Made by a program: the position numbers and the translations under genes
Shown here: in pieces, positions 59,289-64,000 of the stretch
Position numbering within the stretch: the first letter of the stretch is position 1
Layout of the letters: every line of letters starts with the position of its first letter
The notes under the pieces: model-generated
The model's input: only the letters and a program-made list of their open reading frames with translations
Database searches by the model: none
What the model was told of the DNA's origin: nothing
Source of the DNA: Endomicrobiales bacterium
GTDB lineage: Bacteria; Elusimicrobiota; Endomicrobiia; Endomicrobiales; JALOBY01
DNA: 64,000 bases
Reading direction: 5' to 3'
Assembly (NCBI GenBank): GCA_963796955.1
Contig: CAWCNJ010000009.1
Coordinates: forward strand, 1-64,000

Positions 59289-60323
59289 TTAGGCCGGTTT
59301 TATTTGAAACAGGAATTTTATGCCGCCGATTTCCAGAATGTCGTTATCTTTCAGCTCCAGCTGGCCGGAAACGGGGGAATTGTTGACTTTAGGGTAACCG
59401 TCTTTTACCGCGGTCATGAGAAAGCCGGCAGGCCGTTTGCTTATCAGTACCGCTATGTCGGGGGCAAAAAACCCCTTGATCTTTATAGCGGCCGTTTCTG
59501 ATTTTCCTATGTAGGTTAAAGGTGTCGTAAGATCGTAATCGTTTTGTTCAGCTTTTCCTTCAATAACTTTCAGATGACCGCTGACGGTAGATTTTGGCGC
59601 CCCGATAGGTCCGATCGGTTCTGTAAGCGGCGGGACGGCGGCAGGAGCGATAGGCGGCGGCACAGGTGCCGGCGGAGGAGCGGAAGGGGGCGCTGCGGCC
59701 GGTCTTGCGGCTGGCGCGGATTCCGGTGACGGCGGCGCGGTTTGTTCAACGACCATGGCGGGCGGTTCAACCGGTGTCTCAGCCTTGGGCGGCTCTGCCG
59801 GTTCCACCGCTTTCACCGGTTCAAGAGTTTTTACCGGTTCAACAATGTTCACGGGCTCCGGAGGTTTCACTGCCTCTACGGGTGTAACGGGCTCCACCGG
59901 TACGTCCGGTATGACGGGAGCAGCGGGTTTTTCAACAGCGGCGACTGAGGCGGCAAGCTCCGCCAGTATTTGTTTTTGGATCTCCGGGTTGATAACCACC
60001 GTTTCCTGGGTTTCAACAGCAGCGGCTTGTACTGATTCCGGGAAAACAAATTGGAGGCTGTGTTGCCCGAGCAGGATCGTATCATTATGTTGTAAAGCTG
60101 AAGTTAAAATACGTTTCTCGTTAAGGAACGTTCCGTTGGTACTTTGAAGGTCTTCTATCATGTACGTCTTGCCCTGCATGGTGATGCGGGCATGGTGGCT
60201 GGAGATAGCCATGTTGTCGATGGCGATATCATTGTCGGGTTTGCGCCCGATCGTCAAGGGGGTCTTTTCTATGGGGATCTCTTTAAGGACCGCCGCATGG
60301 TATTTGAGCAAGAGTTTAGGCAT
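59289..60323 (-). CDS. dual FHA domain protein with Pro-rich linker
   Basis: IGR..S..HA..STNG N-terminal FHA; degenerate C-terminal FHA. Confidence 0.88.
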   Translation of the reverse strand: MPKLLLKYHAAVLKEIPIEKTPLTIGRKPDNDIAIDNMAISSHHARITMQGKTYMIEDLQSTNGTFLNEKRILTSALQHNDTILLGQHSLQFVFPESVQAAAVETQETVVINPEIQKQILAELAASVAAVEKPAAPVIPDVPVEPVTPVEAVKPPEPVNIVEPVKTLEPVKAVEPAEPPKAETPVEPPAMVVEQTAPPSPESAPAARPAAAPPSAPPPAPVPPPIAPAAVPPLTEPIGPIGAPKSTVSGHLKVIEGKAEQNDYDLTTPLTYIGKSETAAIKIKGFFAPDIAVLISKRPAGFLMTAVKDGYPKVNNSPVSGQLELKDNDILEIGGIKFLFQIKPA

Positions 60324-61141
60324 TATAATTTCCTGATGGAATTGATCAGCTTATCCCACACCGTGGTTCCCTGCACGTGAAGCACGATCGCGCTGACGTT
60401 ATCTCGCCCGCCCGCCTCGTTCGCTGCAGCTACCAGCTGGTCGGCTATGGATTGCGGCGTTGTGTCGTCATTGAAATGAGCGAGTATCTGTTCGTCGCTG
60501 AGCATCTTTGTAAGGCCGTCTGTGCACAACAGTACAAAATCGCCGCCTGCCGCTTCTTTTTCAACCAGTCCCGGCACCACGTTCGTGTCCGTGCCGAGGG
60601 CCCTGGTCAGAACGTTCTTATATTCAGAGCTTTCCGCCTGCTGTGCCGTGATAAGACCCTTGTCGATCTGTTCCTGCACAACTGAATGGTCGCGCGTCAG
60701 CTGGGATAACTGCCCCTGGCGCACCAGGTAGGCCCGGCTGTCACCGACCCAGCATATAATGTACGAATTATTGAGGTACAGCGTCAAGACCAGCGTGGTG
60801 CCCATTCCCTTGTTCTGGGAATAGCTGACGCTCGCTTCGTAGATAACTTCGTTCGCTATCTTAATGCTGGAAACGGCAAAGTTCGCGACCTCGGAAAGGG
60901 CGGGATCGTTCCCGCCGAAAACCATGGTTTCGCCGTTCCCGTCGGCCTTTTGTTGTAACACGGTCGCCAGGTTCTTCGCGATCACGTCGCAGGCCATTTT
61001 GCTGGCGACCTCGCCGGAGCGGTGGCCGCCCATACCGTCGGCTATTATAAAAATGTTATTCTTTTCATCAACAAGAAAATGATCTTCGTTGTTCGCCCGT
61101 ACTCTGCCCCTGTCGGAGACCGCCCCGCAGGAAATGGTCAT
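60323..61141 (-). CDS. PP2C-family Ser/Thr phosphatase (Stp1-like)
   Basis: R..NED; ADGMGG; GDSR; LCTDGL; GGRDN. Confidence 0.93.
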   Translation of the reverse strand: MTISCGAVSDRGRVRANNEDHFLVDEKNNIFIIADGMGGHRSGEVASKMACDVIAKNLATVLQQKADGNGETMVFGGNDPALSEVANFAVSSIKIANEVIYEASVSYSQNKGMGTTLVLTLYLNNSYIICWVGDSRAYLVRQGQLSQLTRDHSVVQEQIDKGLITAQQAESSEYKNVLTRALGTDTNVVPGLVEKEAAGGDFVLLCTDGLTKMLSDEQILAHFNDDTTPQSIADQLVAAANEAGGRDNVSAIVLHVQGTTVWDKLINSIRKL

Positions 61142-63672
61142 AGCGACCCTGAATTTTTGATAGTCTCAACGCAGCGCTGAAGGTCTGCGGCTATTTCGCT
61201 GCCGCGCTGATAGCGCATATCAGGGTTCTTGTTCAGGCACTTATCCAGGACGGCGATAAGGCAATCGGGCAGATTAGGTTTGAATTCTTTCGGCGAGGGA
61301 TGTTGTGCGTTCGCTATCTTGTACATCAGCGTCGCTATGCTGTCGCCGTCAAAGGGTTTGTGGCCGCACAGCAGTTCATAGAACATAACGCCGTAGCTGA
61401 AAAGATCGCTCCTGCCGTCAACTTTTTTTCCGGCGAGCTGTTCCGGCGACATATAGCTGGGCGTGCCCAGCACGGTCCCGGTGGCGGTCTTGGTGGAAGC
61501 GGCGATGTGCGCGATGCCAAAGTCCGTTATGCGTAGGGTGCCGTCTTTTAAAAGCATGATGTTGGCGGGCTTAATATCGCGGTGGATCACACCCTGCTGG
61601 TGCGCGTAGTCCAGGGCCAGCGCTATCTTATTGGCGTAATCCAATGTAAAATTCAACGGTAGCAGGTTCGCTTTATCCGTGTATTTCTTCAGGTCTTCGC
61701 CTTCCAGCAGCTCCATCGCGATATAGGAAACCCCGTTATCTTCGCCGGCGTCATAGATCTTTATAATGTTCGGGTGGTTCAGGTTGCCGGCAGATTCGGC
61801 TTCCCGGAAGAAGCGTTCCTTAATGGCCTTGCCCGAAGCCTCATCAATATCATCGTCGAAACGCAGCGTTTTTATCGCGACCTGCCGGTTGATCTTGGGG
61901 TCTTTGCCGAGATAAACCGTGCCCATCGCGCCATGGCCCAGCTCTTTTTCTATCTGGTAACGGCCAAGCGTGGGGTTTGCGGCCCCGGCTCCTTCCAATA
62001 ATACGGTCCCTTCTGATGATGCTTTCTTACCGGCGACCCCGCCGAACACCGCGCCGTCCGAGGCTGCCTTAAGTTGTTTAATGCGTTCAGCGACACCCTT
62101 GAATTCCTTATCGGCCTTCATTATGTGTTCATAAACGGCGACGGCTTTATTGAACTGCCGTTTGCGTTCGAAGTCGAGACCCAGGTTATACAGTAATTCC
62201 TTCATAGGTTCATCAACGGGACACTTGCGGAACTTTTCAAAGGCCATATCGAGCATGCCCTGCCCCTGGAAGGAAAGTCCCAGCATTTTGTTGGTCTCTA
62301 TGGCGCCGGCCTCTACCAGTTCCTTCTTTTTTTCAGTGACCAGAAAACGTTTTGAAACGATTATCAGGTAGCCGGTTATCAGCAGTGACATGCTATAAGA
62401 GATCTTCAGCCAGTAACCGTTGTTGACAAAAAAGTACGTGCTGCCGCCGGTCAGCGCCGCCAGCAACAGCAGAGAGATCAGGGCCCCTGCCAGCGCGTGC
62501 AGCCTGGGCAGTAAGAATGTCACAAAAAGGCCGATAAAGATAAGTGTGCCGAGTTCGGCGTTCTTCGCCCATTCGGGACGCGTTATGAACTTCTGATGAA
62601 GGATATTGCTGATAACGTTCGCGGTCACCTCAACGCCCGGAAAATTGTGTCCGGCAGGGGTGGTGTTCATATCCGCTATACCGGTCGCCATGTGGCCGAC
62701 CAGTACTATTTTATCTTTTAAAGCCGCAGGGTCTATCTTATTGTTCAGCACATCGTAAAATGAAAAATACGGGAAGGTTCCTACCGGACCGTTAAAGTTT
62801 ATCAGCATTGCCGAAGTCGAAGGATCAAGGGGAATTACCGCGCGGCCGATGGCCAGAGACCTGTTAACCGTAAGTTTTACTTCTTCAAGAGGAATATTCA
62901 GATACATTCTTGTCAGCTGCACGGCGTACGAGGGAAAAAAATCACCTTCGGACCGCACCACCGGCATTTCAGACCTGACGCCGCCGTCGACATCCTTCAG
63001 CGTGTTCACATGGCCCAGGCCCGGGGAGGCGAAAATAAATCCTTCCAGCGGCAGCATCGGGCTGTGGCCTTCTATCTGGGGGAAGACGGAAATGTTAGCG
63101 GTGTTCTCTATCAAGGTGATCGTGCTGGAAGAAAGCATGAGGGATGGTTCGCTTTCCTTGCCGAGGGCAGGGCCCATGGTAAAGTACATGGGCAATATGA
63201 CCCTTCCGGAATGTTGCAGGGAGTTGAGCAATATCGAGTCGTTGTCCAGCCGGACTTGAGCTTGTGAAAGTTCCAGTTCTATCGCGTCTTTTAATTTCAG
63301 GTTCCTGCCCGCAAGCGCGGGTAGTTTTTCCTGCAGGTTCTTGATCTCTTCCAGACCCTGATTACGCTCCGGCTCGGTGAAAAGAATGTTAAGCCCGATC
63401 ACCTTGGCGCCGCAATTGTTTATCGCGTCCAGCCCCCTGGCGATCACGGCGCGCGGCCAGGGCCAGCGGCCGAGTTTATTTATGGAATCATCATCGATAG
63501 CCACAATGGCTATTTCATTACCCTGCGGGGAGGCCTGACGCAATGTGCAGCGGGCATCATACAGCTTCAGTTCAAGGGTTTCAAGGAAGGCGGGTTGTAA
63601 AAAATACAGGCCGACAAACGCAAGGATCAACACGATACCGATAGTCAGGTCCGAAAGGAAGAACTTTTTCAC
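61138..63672 (-). CDS. CHASE2 domain membrane Ser/Thr protein kinase
   Basis: IDDDS..LGRWPWPR CHASE2 motif; three TM segments; VAIK, HRDIKPAN, DFG and GTPSYMSPE. Confidence 0.93.
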   Translation of the reverse strand: MKKFFLSDLTIGIVLILAFVGLYFLQPAFLETLELKLYDARCTLRQASPQGNEIAIVAIDDDSINKLGRWPWPRAVIARGLDAINNCGAKVIGLNILFTEPERNQGLEEIKNLQEKLPALAGRNLKLKDAIELELSQAQVRLDNDSILLNSLQHSGRVILPMYFTMGPALGKESEPSLMLSSSTITLIENTANISVFPQIEGHSPMLPLEGFIFASPGLGHVNTLKDVDGGVRSEMPVVRSEGDFFPSYAVQLTRMYLNIPLEEVKLTVNRSLAIGRAVIPLDPSTSAMLINFNGPVGTFPYFSFYDVLNNKIDPAALKDKIVLVGHMATGIADMNTTPAGHNFPGVEVTANVISNILHQKFITRPEWAKNAELGTLIFIGLFVTFLLPRLHALAGALISLLLLAALTGGSTYFFVNNGYWLKISYSMSLLITGYLIIVSKRFLVTEKKKELVEAGAIETNKMLGLSFQGQGMLDMAFEKFRKCPVDEPMKELLYNLGLDFERKRQFNKAVAVYEHIMKADKEFKGVAERIKQLKAASDGAVFGGVAGKKASSEGTVLLEGAGAANPTLGRYQIEKELGHGAMGTVYLGKDPKINRQVAIKTLRFDDDIDEASGKAIKERFFREAESAGNLNHPNIIKIYDAGEDNGVSYIAMELLEGEDLKKYTDKANLLPLNFTLDYANKIALALDYAHQQGVIHRDIKPANIMLLKDGTLRITDFGIAHIAASTKTATGTVLGTPSYMSPEQLAGKKVDGRSDLFSYGVMFYELLCGHKPFDGDSIATLMYKIANAQHPSPKEFKPNLPDCLIAVLDKCLNKNPDMRYQRGSEIAADLQRCVETIKNSGSL

Positions 63673-63715
63673 GATTTCCCTTTATTATTCTTGGAAAGGT
63701 TAGTGCTCGTTCTTG

Positions 63716-63789
63716 ATTATAATGGAAACTATATATATAGTCAAGGTGTTTTTAGGTAAATTGACAAGAAACCGCCAAATTGGTAGGAT
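63716..63789. promoter_or_regulatory. divergent sigma70 promoters
   Basis: Minus strand TTGACT-17-TATAAT (63744-63716); plus strand TTGACA-17-TAGGAT (63761-63789). Confidence 0.65.
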
Positions 63790-63828
63790 AAGCAGGTTAA
63801 AACTACTCCTGAGCCGCGAAAGGTTGCC

Positions 63829-64000
63829 ATGTATTCTTATCGGAAGGACCAGCTGCATATAGATACGGTTTCAGTACGTTCCATAGTTCGCAAATTCGGA
63901 ACCCCTCTGTTCATTTATTCAAAGGCGCAATTGACCGCCAACTTCCGGAAATTCGACAATGCTTTTTCAAGCGTTCCGCACTTAACGTGCTTTGCGCTTA
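63829..64000 (+). CDS. lysA: diaminopimelate decarboxylase (3' truncated by window)
   Basis: MYSYRKDQLHID...KFGTPLFIYS...LTCFAL resembles the LysA N-terminus. Confidence 0.8.
   Translation, partial: MYSYRKDQLHIDTVSVRSIVRKFGTPLFIYSKAQLTANFRKFDNAFSSVPHLTCFAL

Noticed and set aside
150..63267. Numerous antisense and overlapping ORFs in the six-frame track (e.g. 4498-5145, 27744-28502, 37320-38033, 54225-54971)
   Set aside because: They are shadows of well-supported genes on the other strand or frame and contain no recognisable motifs.

Overview
Bacterial chromosomal window from a diderm. Gene content is suggestive of Elusimicrobiota, but this is an unverified inference. Core genes include valS-rph-rdgB, iorAB-paaK, a pterin operon, rsmD-argBDGH, a CHASE2 Ser/Thr kinase-PP2C-FHA module and the start of lysA. 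These are interleaved with accessory blocks. The best-supported unusual element is a tRNA-Arg(UCU) gene (9116-9854) split between anticodon positions 34 and 35 by a 665-nt group I intron that carries a PD-(D/E)XK homing endonuclease. Other leads: (1) a DUF3800 gene facing a convergent, independently promoted structured RNA (about 50039-50140); (2) a duplicated three-arm hairpin-switch element separating AAA/DUF4143 ATPase genes downstream of tRNA-His; (3) two orphan promoter-to-terminator sRNA candidates; (4) several apparently leaderless genes; (5) a shared operator-like box in a FixJ-type/general-stress cluster; (6) a B12 radical SAM plus type III PKS pair preceded by Cys-rich mini-ORFs. Five genes carry single-base frameshifts, four of them explained by one base missing from a homopolymer, which most likely reflects sequencing error. 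All family assignments are from motif recognition, not database searches.
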